Positions 1 to 13,123 of a stretch of 64,000 nt of DNA are shown here, in pieces. Source of the stretch: Squalus acanthias. Lineage: Eukaryota. Location: positions 167,402,001 to 167,466,000 of the forward strand of contig CM059425.1 of assembly GCA_030390025.1 (NCBI GenBank). The letters are read 5' to 3'. Under the pieces are notes generated by a model. That model did not search any database. It saw only the letters and a program-made list of their open reading frames with translations, and had not been told where the DNA came from. The position numbers and the translations under genes are program-made. Within the stretch, counting starts at the first letter, position 1; the number at the start of each line of letters is the position of its first letter.

Positions 1-430
1 AGCTTGGAACAGTGTAAACGTGCGAGTTTGGTGAGTAAGGGAGTTCGGTGAGGAGGGGAGGGAGGTGCTCCTTTCTTCTTTTTCTATCTTTTTCAGCTTT
101 CAGGAGAGCAGGAGTTAAAAATCTGCATGAGAGGGGACAGCGAACCAGCGGGAGTTTGGCTCTGTGAAACCCCCCAACCGCATTTGGAGAAAAATAAAAG
201 GTGACATCACAGGAAAAAGGCAGAGGCAGCGGACCTGAGCGGGAGCAAGAGCGGAGGCGGAGCAAATAAACAGCACGGCAGAGGAAGGCCCGAGAGCAGA
301 GGCAGCGGACCTGACAACAAAAACAAGGAGTGACATCACAGGAAAGCAGGGAAGTTGGTTTAAATTAAGAGCCGGGATTAAAAACTAAACATTCAAAACT
401 TAAACACTTAATTAATTAAATACATTAGAG

Positions 431-1370
431 ATGGCAGAGCAGGCGATGTGTTACTGCTACAACATGTGGGAGCTGGTGGACAACATTGAAGTCCACGGCG
501 ACCACATTTGCAGTAAGTGTTGGTTGCTCAAGGAATTTCGGCTCCGTGTTGATGAGCTGGAGTCCGAGCATCAAACACTGCGACACATCAGGGAGGGAGA
601 GAGTTACCTGGATGCTGTGTTCTAGGAGGCAGTCACACCCCTTAGATTAATTAATTTAAATTTGGTCCGTGGTCAGGGACAGGTGGGTGTGACTATGAGC
701 GAGGCAGGTATGGGGAACCAGGGGGTAGTGGTGGAGGAGCCTCAGCCCTTGCTCTTGTCCAACAGTTACAAGGTTCTTACTCCCTGTGTGGACAAGAGCA
801 GGGACTGCAGGGAGAATGAGTAAACTGACCACAGCACCGTGGTACAGGGAGCCATTCAAGTGGGGGGAGCAGAAAGAAATGTTGTAGTGTTGGGGACGGT
901 ATAGTTAGGGGGATAGACACTGTTCTCTGCAGCCAAGAGTGTGAGTCCCAAAGGCTGTGTTACCTGCCAGGGTAAAGGACATCTCCTCCAGGCTGGAGAG
1001 GAACTTAGAGTGGGAGGGGAAAGATCCAGTTGTCATGGTCCATGTAGGTACCAATGACATAGGTAGGACAAAGAAAGAGGTTCTACTGAGGGAGTATGAG
1101 CAGCTAGGGGCTAAATTAAAAAGCAGAACCACAAAGGTAATAATACTACCTGAGCCACGAGCAAATTGGCATAGAGTAAATAAGATCAGAGAGATGAACA
1201 AGTGGCTCAGAGATTGATGTGGGAGAGATGGGTTTCGATTCCTGGGGCACTGGCACCAGTACTGGGATAAGAGGGAGCTGTTCCGTCGGGACGGGCTTCA
1301 TTTGAACCAGGCTGGGACCAGTGTCCTGGCGAATTGAATAACTAGGGCTGTAGGTAGGGCTTTAAACTAA
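431..1370 (+). pseudogene. CR1 ORF1 remnant: N-terminal Cys-rich finger plus SGNH/GDSL esterase-like domain
   Basis: CxxC..CxKC at the N-terminus, then VVVLGD, VHVGTNDIG and DGLHLN blocks spread over several frames. Confidence 0.8.
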
Positions 1371-1825
1371 ATAGTTGGGGGGGGGAAGGATACGCTGAGC
1401 GAAAATGTAAAAAGTCAAAGAAAAATTAGAAGGCAAAAGTGCAGGGTAGCGATAACCAGAGTGGGAAGGGACAGAGCGTATACACATTAGAGTGCATCAG
1501 AAAGAGGGGTCAGAGTAGGGAAAAATGGTAAAAAGACAAAATTAAAAGCTCTATATCTGAACACATGCAGCATTCGTAACAAGATAGATAAGTTGACAGC
1601 ACAAATAGAAATAAATGGGTATGATCTGATAGCCATTACAGAGACATGGTTGCAAGGTGACCAAGGCTGGGAACTGAATATTTGCCATTTTGTAAGGATA
1701 CGCAGAAAGGAAAAGGAGGTGGTGTAGCTCTGTTAATAAGGGATGAGATCAGTGCAGTAATTAGAAATGATATTGGCTTAGAAGATCAAGATGTAGAATC
1801 AGTTTGGGTGGAAATAAGAAATAAT

Positions 1826-2714
1826 GGGGGGAAAATTCAGTTGGTTGCACCTCCCGTTAGCGCCTTAAGAGGGCGCTAATGGGGCACAAAGCAACTCGCG
1901 CCTGGGCGCAGCGATGTTTGCGCCGCTCACGAAATTTACTAGACATTTTGCGGCGGTGCTAAACACTACTGCCACGATCTCCTGCGCCGGCAGATCATGA
2001 CATCAGTCGAGTGCGCAACGCCCCGGTAGCGCCCCGGAGCGGATATTGAGTGGCGCCCCCTGCCTTACCGCCTGCCGCTAGCAACGACAGGTTGAGGGGA
2101 GCGTTTTGCAGTCAGGAAGGGACTGGGGGAGCGCTATTTAAAGGCGACCGCTCCCTGCCTTTTTTTGTTGGTGACATTTTTGAACCACGCATTCTGAGAG
2201 AGAGAGAGACTTCTGGAAAGATTCAATGCTGTGTGAAGGAGTTTTGGGTACTGAGCAGCACTTTGCAGGTTCATTTTGATTTGCCCTTCCTTGTATCGAT
2301 TTAGAAGAGACTGTGGGGGTTGCACTCTGAGCTCGTTCCCTGGCTCTCTCCGTTGTTCTTTCCAGCAGATTTGATGTACAGGTCTCTCTAGGCCGAGATT
2401 CAAGGCTGCAATGAGCAGGATGTGGATGGAAAGCAAGATCAACCTTCCCCTTTAAGAACTGGCCGGCGCCATTGTGTCTCTGTTCCATTGCTGACTGACA
2501 TCACATGAGCTTCGCCAGCGCTCTGAGCTAGCGCCTCGCTCCTCGGCCTTTGCGCCCTAAGACAGATGTTTAGTGCCTGATTTAGTGCTCCAATCAGCTC
2601 CAGGGGCGATAAAAGTCAAGTTTGCAGTCGGAGGCGATAATTAGCGCCAGGCGCTAATCTTTGCGCCCGGCTGATAATTGCGCCCCAAATGGGGCGATAC
2701 TGAACTTTTCCCCC
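1826..2714. mobile_element. Non-autonomous PIF/Harbinger element (MITE A, copy 1, 889 bp)
   Basis: Terminal inverted repeats ggggggaaaattcag / ctgaacttttccccc and a 3-bp TSD aat. It splits the CR1 APE sequence that is contiguous in the 16.7-kb copy. Confidence 0.85.
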
Positions 2715-3871
2715 AATAAGGGTAAAAAGTCACTGGTGGGACTGGTCTAGAGGCCCCCAAACAGTAGCCACACTGTAGGACAGAGAATAAATCAAGAAAT
2801 AATAGAGGCTTGCAAGAAAGGTACGGCTATAGTCATGGGAGATTTTAATCTTCATATTGATTGGGCAAAGCAAATTGGCAAGGGTAGACTTGAGGAAGAG
2901 TTCTTAGAGTGTATACGGGATGGTTTCTTGGAACAATATATTGTGGAACCAACAAGGGAGAAGACTATTTTAGATCTGGTAATGTGTAATGAGGCTGGAT
3001 TAATTAATGATCTCGAAGTGAAGGATCCTCTTGGGAAGAGTGATCATAGCATGGTAGAATTTCAAATTCAGTTTGAGGGTGAGAAAGCTAGGTATCAAAC
3101 TAGTGTCCTGAACTTAAACAAAGGTAATTACAAAGGTATGAAGGCAGACTTGGTTAAAGTGGACTGTAGAAAAGCAGTGGCAAACATTTAAGGAGATATT
3201 TCATAACTCTCAGCAAAGATATATTCCAGTGAGAAGGATGAACCATCCGTGGCTAACTAAGGAAGTAAAGGATAGTATCAAATTGAAAACAAAAGCATAC
3301 AATGTTGCGAAGAATAGTGAAAGGCCAGAGGATTGGGAAATTTTTAAAAACCAGCAAAGGACGACTAAAAAAATGATAGAGAGAGAAGATAGCTTATGAG
3401 AGTAAGCTAGCAAGAAATATAAAAACAGACAGTAAGAGCTTCTACAGGTATATAAAAAGGAAGAGTAGCTAAAGTAAACATTGGTCCCCTAGAGGATGAG
3501 TCTGGAGAATTAATAATGGGAAACAGGGAAATGGCGGCAACTTGGAACAAATATTTTGTATCGGTCTTCACGGTAGAAGACACTAAAAGCATCCCAATAG
3601 TGGATAATCAAAGGGCTATTGGGGTGGAGGGGGGGGGGAACTTAAAACAATCACTATCACTAGAGAGAAAGTACTAGGCAAACTAATGGGACTAAAGGTG
3701 GACAAGCCCCCTGGACCCGATGGCTTGGATCCTAGAGTCTTAAAAGAGATGGCTGCAGAGATAGTGGATGCAATGGTTAGAATCTACCAAAATTCCCTGG
3801 ATTCCGGAGAGGTCCCAGCGGACTGGAAAACTGCAAATGTAACACCCCTATTTAAGAAAGGAGGGAGACAG

Positions 3872-4983
3872 TGAAGGGATAATTACTAGTCCTAGCCCCT
3901 TTAGGGCTACCCCGGATCAGGCGTATTTCTCAAGACATTCACTTTCAAATAAAGTTTGAGGTAGCCAAATCCTAAAGATGCCTAATTGGGTCTAAAGGTC
4001 CGGACTATCTCTCTCTAAAGGAAAGGAACAACCCGAGAATGTTACCGTCCTCCAGATAGCACTTTTAATAAGTTTAGCTAGACTGTAACATTCCGGATAT
4101 TATGAGGGTCCGGAAAACTCCCCCAGAATTCTGCAACTCCTCACCAAAGAGTGTACAGAGATTGAGTTCGCAAGTTTTTGATACAGAAGTCTTATGTGAG
4201 ACAATTCTAAAAATATATAGACTTATTAAAGAACCGACATGTAATTTACAGTTGGTGAGTCAATCGCAACGTTAACAGTTCCAAAAAGAGAAAACTTACA
4301 ATCTTATTATCAGAGAATCTTACTTTTAAATCTTAACTTCACTACAGTATTACAGTTCTTATACAGGCAGGCTATCCACCAAAATCAAATACCTTTGATC
4401 CCCGAGGCACAAAGAGTTGGAGACTTACAGAGCCGCCTCTGAAGCCGAGAATTGCTTTGCCCGATTAAAACGAGTCTGTTATCCCATTTGAGAGTTCAAT
4501 ATTTATACACTTTTCCTGTGATATTTCCTTCAAGGTTTTCTGCTGATGCAAGCTAATTATCTCTAGTCATTTTTCTGCCTATTTCTGCAACTCTTACTGC
4601 CACTTCAGCCAGACTTGTGTCTCATCTCCAGGTGTTCTAAGTTTACCATATAAAACACGGTGTGAGGCAGGTGATCCTGACTTTATGTCATCTTTACGAG
4701 GGCAGATGTTCCTTATCTTATGTGCCTCTTTACGAAGTGTAAATTAGAACACCTTATCCAGGGTGAACCCTTGTTTTTGTTCCCAAAGGTCAGCCTGTCG
4801 GAGCCCTTCACCTTCTGTTTCAATAAGGTTATTTATTCAGGATCAACAACTGTCTTATCTCAATAGCCAGAATGCTTTCATAGATATTTCATAGTTAGGT
4901 TTCTAAATTTCCAAACCCATCTTGTCATGTTTTAATAAGGCCAGAATTCTTTCTGAATAGGTTATACGGCTTATTCCTTCACA
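3872..4983 (-). mobile_element. Solo LTR family B, copy 1 (1112 bp)
   Basis: TG...CA ends and a 4-bp TSD acag (3868-3871 / 4984-4987) inside the CR1 RT linker. Homologous to 13124-15132 in reverse orientation. Confidence 0.85.
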
Positions 4984-6399
4984 ACAGAAAGCAGGCAACT
5001 ATCGACCAGTTAGCCTAACATCTGTCATTGGGAAAATGCTGGAGTCCATCATTAAGGAAGTGATAGCAGGACATTTAGAAAATCATAATATAGTCAAGCA
5101 TGGTTGTATGAAAGGGAAATCATGTTTGACAAATTTACTGGAGTTCTTTGAGGATGTAACGCGCAAGGTGGATAAAGGGGAAGCAGTAGATGTTGTGTAT
5201 TTGGATTTCCAGAAGGCATTCAATAAGATGCCACATAAAAGGTTAATACACAAGATAAGAGCTCACAGGGTTAGGGGTAATATATTAGCATGGATAGAGG
5301 ATTGGCTAACTAACAGAAAACAGAGAGTCGGGATAAATGGGTCATTTTCAGGTTGGCAAACTGTAACTAGTGGGGTGCCGCAGGGATCAGTGCTGGGGCC
5401 TTAACTATTTACAATCTATATTAATGACTTGGATGAAGGGACTGAGTGTAATGTAGCCAAATTTGCTGATGATACAAAGATAGCTGGGAAAGTAAATTGT
5501 GTGGAGGATGCAAAGAATCTCCAAAGGAATACAGATAGGCTAAGTGAGTGGGCAAGAATCAGGCAGATGGAGTTTAATGTGGGAAAATGCGAGGTTATCC
5601 ACTTTGGTAGGAAAAATAAAAAAGCAAATTATTATTTAAATGGGGAGAGATTACAAAATGCTGAGGTACAGAGGGATCTGGACGCCCTTGTGCATGAATC
5701 ACAAAATGTTAGCATGCAGGTACAGCAAGTAATTAGAAAGGCAAATGGAATGTTGGCCTTTATTGCAAAGGGAATTAAGTATAAAAGTAGGGAAGTCCTG
5801 CTACAATTTTACAGGGCATTGGTGAGACCACACCTGGAGTACTGCGTACAGTTTTGGTCTCCTTATTTAAGGAAGGATATACTTGCATTGGAGGCAGTTC
5901 AGAGAAGGTTCACGAGGTTGATTCCAGAGATGAAGGGGTTTGACTTATGAAGAAAGGTTGAGCAGGTTGTGCCTATACTTATTGGAGTTTAGAAGAATGA
6001 GAGGGGATCTTATTGAAACATATAAGATTCTGAAGGGGCTTGACAGGGTAGATGCAGAGAGGATGTTTCCCCTCGTGGGGGAATCTAGAACTAGGGGGCA
6101 TAATTTCAGAATAAGGGGAAACCTTTTAAATTGGAAATGAGGAGGAATTTCTTCTCTCAGAGGGTTGTGAATGTTTGGAATTCTCTTCCCCAGAGAGCTG
6201 TGGAGGCTGGGTCATTGAATAGATTTAAGGTGGAGATAGACAGATTTTTGAACGCTAACGGAGTCAAGGGTTATGGGGAGCGGACAGGGAAGTGGAGTTG
6301 AGGCCAAGATCAGATCAGCCAAGATCTTATTGAATGGCAGAGCAGGCTCGAGGGGCCAAATGACCTACTCCTGCTCCTACGTCTTATGTTCTTATGGAG

Positions 6400-7327
6400 G
6401 TTGGGTCTTATGGAGGGAGTCACAGCATGCAGGGAGGTCCTCTTCCCTTCCCATAGGTGGAAGAGACCTTCCCAGGAGATCAACACAGCCTAGTTGCACA
6501 ATGCACGGGAGGGCACAAGCAGGCATGTGGTCAGGAGGACCTGGGTGCAGTGCCACAAATGTTTCAAATATCTCATTAGATCATGAAACGTTAGTACAAA
6601 GCCACACTCAACCTCATCCTGCTGTGCCTCTCATCACATCCCCATCACTCTGCCTTCCCTACCCTACTCCTGCACATTCTTACTCACACCAACTTACCTT
6701 GGACCTCCACCCATCCCTCTCTCTCTATCTATGGTCGGGATTTTACTAACCTCGGCGGGTGCATGGCGGGCAATGTCAGTGGCGGGTCCCAACCCCGCTG
6801 CTGGCTCCATCCCACTGTGTAGAATGACCTTCAATTGATGGGGTTTGTTAAGCCCACTCAGCACATTTCCTGGCCAATTAGAGGAAGCGGGTCTGGTGAC
6901 ATCATTTCATGACGCGTCATCAGCCGGTTTCCTTAAAGGGACCCTGGCCAACTTTAATTTGACATTTGTGCTGTCAGTGTTCTACAGCATTGAGGTGTTG
7001 CAAGCACTGACAATGATGCACAAAGGCACAGGGCTACACCCAGGCTCTCCCATGACTCCCTCCATATGCTATGGAGCGAGTCACAGCATGCAGGGAGGTC
7101 CTCTTCCCTTCCCACGGGCGGAAGAGACCTTCCCAGGAGATCAACACAGCCTGGTTGCACATTGTATGGGAGGGCACAAGCAGAGATGTGGTCAGGAGGA
7201 CCAGGGTGCAGTGCAGCAAACGTTTCAATGATCTCAGTAGATCATGAAACATTAGTACAAAGCCACACTCAACCTCATCCTGCTGTACCTCTCATCACAT
7301 CCCCATCACTCTACCTTCCCTACCCTT
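6400..7327 (+). mobile_element. Harbinger Myb/SANT-gene fragments, two near-tandem copies (about 6412-6663 and 7071-7326), with a left-end-like segment from about 6733
   Basis: Direct repeat of about 250 bp that translates (with frameshifts) as ...REVLFP...VVRRT(W/R)VQC.K.F, resembling the SANT exon at 43957. Confidence 0.6.
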
Positions 7328-7788
7328 GTAGTAAAGGGGCCTTTAGGGAAGAGTGACCATAATATGATAGAATTTTATATTGAGTTTGAAAGTGATTTAG
7401 TTAAAACCGAAACTAGGGTCTTCAATCTAAACAAAGCAAACTACGTAGGTATGAGGGCCGAGTTGGCTAAGGTAGATTGGGAAACTACATTAAAAGGTAT
7501 GATGGTAGACAAGCAATGGTTAGCATTTAAAGAATTAATACATAATTTACAACAAATATACATTCCTTTAAGGCACAGAAACCCCACAGGAAAAGTGGTC
7601 CAACCGTGGCCAACAAGAGAAGTTAAAGATAGTATTAGATCAAAGGAAGAGGCTTATAATGTTGCCAAAAAGAGTAGTAAGCCTGAGGATTGGGAGGATT
7701 TTAGAATTCAGCAAAGGAGGACCAAGACATTGATAACGAAGGAGAAAAAAGAATATGAAAGTAAATTAACAAGAGACATAAAAACAGA
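7328..7788 (+). mobile_element. CR1 ORF2 internal fragment
   Basis: Translates LGKSDHNMIEF...LAKVDW...YESKL, homologous to the other CR1 copies. Confidence 0.85.
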
Positions 7789-10019
7789 TCACTGATCTCT
7801 GATACATGGCTTACATGTTTATGTGGTTTTTGCACATAGATGAGGGTTTTTGATTAATTTATGTCAAATCAGTAATTTCTGACTTTTAAGCTGCTGAATT
7901 TCAATTATTTTACGTTAATTTTCATGAGACGGCTTGACTTACTGTTGATAATAAATTACCATTGGAAACTGCAAAAACCAGCATCTCCCAGTTTACTAAC
8001 AGTGTGTGGTGAGTGCGTGGCTACTAGCATAAGAACCTTGACAGTCACAACTAAGCATTTCAGCCCAAATATCTCATCTTGTATTTTTAACAATGTTAAC
8101 AGGTACGCTTTTGACAGGAAGTATGTGGGAGGATATTGAATTTTGTCTCCCTTGTTGTGTTCCTCCACAGTTATTGTAGTTTCAAAATATTCTTGAACAG
8201 GCACTCTGTTGAGGAAAGGTGCCAGGGGATCACCTGAATCAAGCCCAAATGACTGTTTCACAATATGTTGGAGGATGTATTTCTGCACAGACGAAATTGC
8301 TCAAAACTTGACAGAGGACATTAAATACTGGCTGAGTCAGCAAATAATGCACATGAGATACACACACAGACTACATTCATTACTATTTTAACAGTTAAGA
8401 ATATTGGATGCTGTTTCTAGTTGCCATTGCCAAGGGAAACCCGACAAACTCACATCTGGTGTTATTTCCGCATCTGAATGAGTAGTCCTTCAATCATTTC
8501 TAGAATAACAGTGGACCATTTTTCTGGTAAGATTTGCACATTGCTTTTGCACTGTTCAGCAATAGGTGATGACTGGCTGCTTGAATTATTCAGAATTCAA
8601 CTAGATCAGCCTTGTCAGTCTTCGCTACACACACTGTAAATAAAGTTGATGTAGCTGGCTTTTCGGTCATGTTAAATTTATGTGTTGACAGGATACCGAT
8701 TTCAGTGTGCCTTTACTGCAATGCAATCTAAGCGCAATGTAGTTTGCACACCTGTGGTTTCTGAATGACAAGATAAGCTCTGTGAAATCATCTTTGCCTG
8801 GAAGTAATAACATGGGCATCACATGACTTGAAGTGACTGGAGATCCAGTGTTATTGTCATTCATATTCATACAGTTTTTTAAACATTTTATCAGACTCAT
8901 ATCTGGAATAACTAACGTGGAAATAATGTGAAAACAGAATACTTCGAAAGGTTGACTTTAGGAGGCACAAAACTGACTAATATATTTCCCATAGAGTATT
9001 TTCTCCATAATCTCATCCACCAGCTATCTGTACTGTTCTATTTATCAATTTCACAAAAATATGGCAATATACTTTCAAATTACATTTGACCTACAATTCT
9101 AACACATTTTGAATCTGGAGTGCATACAACTTTCTTTTCTTTTGCAAGTTATTCCCCTTTACTCTTCCTGGGCATTTGAACTAAGTACAGGCAGGAAAAT
9201 GCCAATCTTGAAGATCATTGCCAGTGCTGCTCTTGAGCTGACTGCTGGGAGGTAGGCAGTGTGAAGACTGTAGGAAAAGTAACCCCAAATGTATTGTTTT
9301 AAACCACACTGCTGAATTCTGGGAAAACATAATGGGTTAATGTTAGGAACTCTGGGAAGTTCAAACAGCACCCTCAAAACAAAAGACTCTCACTACCAAC
9401 AGCTCCTATCAATTAGTGGCTTGAACTGGGTAGACCCGGGCTGTCAAGGCTACAAGCTTATAGAACAGACAGGTTACGCAGTCTGAATAAAATTAGAGTG
9501 GTCCAGAAAAAACTATTTTTAGCTGGTGTTGTCTTGCTTATCATTATTTAAGGCCAAAAAATAAAAGAAGTTTACCAGCTCACGAGTAAGTCTGGTTTCT
9601 ATCGAATAATTAAAATTTGCTCAGTAGAAGAGCAACGACTACTTCTGTCTGGATCGGAGGGATAAATGGGCAAAAAATGTTTTTTGAAAGGAGATGGACA
9701 GTTCGAGGAGTTTAGAGAAGGAGAGTGGGACCCAGGCAGCTGAAGGCACGGCCACCAATGGTGAGGTGTAGGAGGGGAAGATGCACAAGAGTTAGCATCG
9801 GAAGATTGAAGAGCTATGGGGAGATTGTAGAGCCGGAGGAGGTTACAAAGATTGGGAAGGGCAAGGCCATGGAAAGGTTTGAATTTAAATTATATAGAAC
9901 ATCCTGTTTTTTTACAGATATTATGTAGCTATAATATAATTAGACATTACTGAAAGTCTCTCTGATGAGTTTGCCTTGCGGCTCTCTCCCGGAAGCTGTC
10001 TGACCCTGCTGTGAACTTC

Positions 10020-10470
10020 TGATGTCCAGTTCCTTTCTCTCAGGGGGTTCAGCTTCTGAGTCTGTTTCGTTCTCAAAATATAGAGGCCATTCTGAAGAGT
10101 ATACTTGTGGAGGATACAGCAGGCCACCACAGTTCATGAGCCAACATTGGGAGCAACACAGGGAACCTTCTAGGCAGCTGAATCTTTCCTTCAGCAGGTC
10201 AATGCTTTGTTCAATTTTAATTCAAATGCAGATTTGAGCCTCATTGTAGTATTAGATACCCATTGTCTCCAGGAGCCAGACAGTGTCTTGCCCCTTATTC
10301 TGAAAGATTGCAGGGACACTGGTCAAACGATGAATGAATCATGGCAGCTCCCTGCATTGTGGTTATTGATGTGCAGGAACCTGTGCCTGTAGTCACACAT
10401 GAATTGGACTAAACCCATCATTTGTGTGGCTGCACTCTTGCTTGAGCACACACATCTTACACCCTCCTGC
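10020..10470 (-). pseudogene. Old Harbinger transposase relic
   Basis: Fragments VQFMCDYRHRFLHI..AGSCHDSFI and VVACCILHK match HARBI1-type DDE motifs. Confidence 0.6.
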
Positions 10471-10764
10471 CTTCTCGTGGAATTTACGGCAGAATTTAAA
10501 TAGGACGTATAACTGGTGGATCCGCTTCTCTCCCCAAACTCCAAACCGCACCCACGCGCCGCCCCCCCCACCAATCCCCCCCCCCACCTATAGATCTACC
10601 AGGTTCACACATAAGAATTTTGGAGGCAAGAACAAGAATTTTAAATCTGAGGATTGGGAGATCGGGAAAAAGGACGAGGATTACGGGCAAATGCGATTTG
10701 GGGCATGATAAGATACAAGCAGCAGCTGAGGCTTAGGTAGGGTCGAGGCTATGGCGGTGGAAGT

Positions 10765-11080
10765 AAAGAAAGAGCTTACATTTATATAGCATCCTTCATG
10801 TCCTCAGAATGTTTCGAAGCACTTCACACCCAATGTATTACTTTTGAAGTGCAGTCACTGTTGTTTTGTAGGTAAAAGCGGCAGCCAATTTGTGCACAGC
10901 AAAGGCCCAGAAACAGCAATGAGATGAATGACGTGTGGTTGGTTTGAGAGGTGAATGTTGGTCAGGACAACAGAGGAACTCCCCTGCTTTTCTTTAAAAA
11001 TTATCATGGGATCCTTTATATCAGGTAGACATGGCCTCAGTTTAATATCTGATCTGAAAGATGGCACCTCTGTCATTGCA
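10765..11080 (-). mobile_element. Deu-domain SINE (SacSINE1/AmnSINE1-like)
   Basis: The minus strand reads ...gatcccatga...gcaggggagttc...aaattggctgccgc...aacagtgactgcacttcaaaagt...gctatataaatgtaag, typical of the Deu domain and tail. Confidence 0.7.
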
Positions 11081-11104
11081 ATGTGTATTTGGTATAACTT
11101 GGAC

Positions 11105-11646
11105 ATAAAAACATAAGAAATAGAAGCAGGAGTAGGCCATTTGGCTCCTCGCGCCTACTCCGCCATTCAACATGATCATGGCTGATCTTCTACCTCAACT
11201 CCACCTTCCCGCACTCTCCCCATATGCCTTAATTCCCTTCATTCCCAAAAATTTATCGACCTCTGTCTTGAATATACTCAACTACTGAGCCTCCACAGCC
11301 CTCTGGGGTAGAGACTTCCAAAGATTCACCACGCTCTGAGTGAAGAAATTTCTCCTTATCTCTGTCCTAGGTGGCCTACCCCTTATTCTGAGACTGTGAC
11401 CCCTGGTTCTAGACTCCCCAGCCAGGGGAAACATCCTCCCGGCATCTACCCTGTCAAGCCCTGTATGAATTTTGTATGTTTCAATGAGATCACCTCTCAT
11501 TCTTCTAAACTCTAGAGAATATAGGCCTAGTCTACTCAATCTCTCCTCATAGGACAATCCCTCATCCCAGGAACCAGTCTGGTGAACCTTTGTTGCACTC
11601 CCTCTATGGCAAGTATATCCTTCCTTAGGTAAGGAGACCAAAACTG
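11105..11646 (-). mobile_element. CR1 3' end
   Basis: Translates YEERLSRLGLYSLEFRRMRGDLIE; tail ttcttatgttttatg. Confidence 0.9.
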
Positions 11647-13123
11647 GGGGCAGGTGGGGGGAGGGATACGACGTCCTATGTTGGGAGTTCCCACTTCCCT
11701 GACCTTAGTGGGACCCAAAATAAAGTTGGGGGGGGAGGGGGCTGGTATGCCTAGTAAGAAGAGGCATTCTGGCCTCCAGGAGGGCGAGGCTTAGCCCCAA
11801 CAGGGGGATCCAGGCCAGTGAATTGGCCTGGAACCCTAAAGACGGAGATAATTTTTCATTAGTATCAATCCCCTTAGTAAAGGGGCTAAAAGGGGTGAAA
11901 AAATAAATTCTCCAGGGGAGTCGGGACCCTCCGTTCCCACCGTCCCCCCGCAGATCCCGTCCTTGTCGATTGCATTTTGGTGGGGCCGATTAAGGACCAA
12001 AATGGTGAACTATTGGTGGAGGCAGAAGGCATGGCTGAAGTACTAAATGAGTACTTTCTTTGCATCAGTGTTTGCCAAGGAAGAGGACTTTGCTAAAGCT
12101 ATGGTAAATGGGGAGGTTGCTGGAATACTGAATGAGATAAAAATAAATAGGAGGTACTGGACAGGCTGGCTGTAATTGAAGTGGATAAGTCACCCGGTCT
12201 GGATGGGATGCATCCTAGGTTGCTGAGGGAAGTAAGGGTAGAAATTGCAGAGGTGCTGGTCACAATCTTCCAATCCTCCTTAGATACAGGGGTGGTGCCA
12301 AAGGACTGGATGATTGCAAATGTTACACCCTTGTTCAAAAAAAGGGGAGAAGGATAAACCTGGCAATTACAGGCCAGTCAGTTAACGCGGTGGTGGGGAA
12401 GCTTTTAGAAACAGTAATCCAGGAGAAAATTAACAGCCACTTGAAGAAGCATGGACTAATAGAGGAGAGCCAGCAAGGCTTTGTTAAGGGCAAATCTTGT
12501 TTTACTAACAGGATTGAGTTTTTTGATGAGGTAACAGAGAGGGTGGATGAGGGCAGTGCAGTTGTTGTTGTGTATATGGACTTTCAAAAGGTGTTTGATA
12601 AAGTACGACATATTAGGCTTGTTAGCAAAATTGAAGCCCATGAAATAAAAGGGACAGTAGCAGCATGGATACAAAATTGGCTAAGGGATAGAAAACAGAG
12701 AGTTGTGGTGAATGGCTGTTTTTCAGAGCAGGGTACACAGTGGCGTTCCCCAAGGTTCAGTGCAAGGACCACTGGTGTTTTTGATATACATTAATGACTT
12801 GGACTTGTAGGTACAGGGCACAATTTCAAAATTTGCAGATGACATGAAACTTGGAAGTCTAGTAAACAGTGAGGAAGATAGTAATAGACTTCAAGAAGAC
12901 ATAGACAGGTTGGTGATTTGGGCGGACACATGGAAGATGAAATTCAACGCAGAGAAGTGTGAGGTGATACATTTTGTAGGAAGAATGAGGAGAGACCATA
13001 CACACTAAATGGTACAATTCTAAAGGGGGTGCAAGGAGAGACCTGGGGGTGCTTGTGCACAATCATTGAAGGTGGAAAGAGAGGTTAACAAAACAGTTAA
13101 TAAAGCGTGTGGGATCCTGGGCT

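Larger units (their letters stand above)
1..6396 (+). mobile_element. Near full-length degenerate CR1 (HER1-like) LINE: 5'UTR, ORF1, ORF2 (APE + RT), 3' tail; interrupted by a MITE and a solo LTR
   Basis: APE motifs (GGGVALL, MGDFN, LDLV, SDH), RT motifs ([22 protein letters not shown]) and the 3' tail cttatgttcttatg. Multiple stops and frameshifts. Confidence 0.92.

Noticed and set aside
2050..2488. ORFs conserved between two loci (2050-2488 and 13725-14163)
   Set aside because: Explained by two similar copies of MITE A; several frames stay open equally, with no recognisable domain.
7924..8391. Short ORFs in unique sequence as possible exons of another gene
   Set aside because: No recognisable protein similarity or convincing splice structure.
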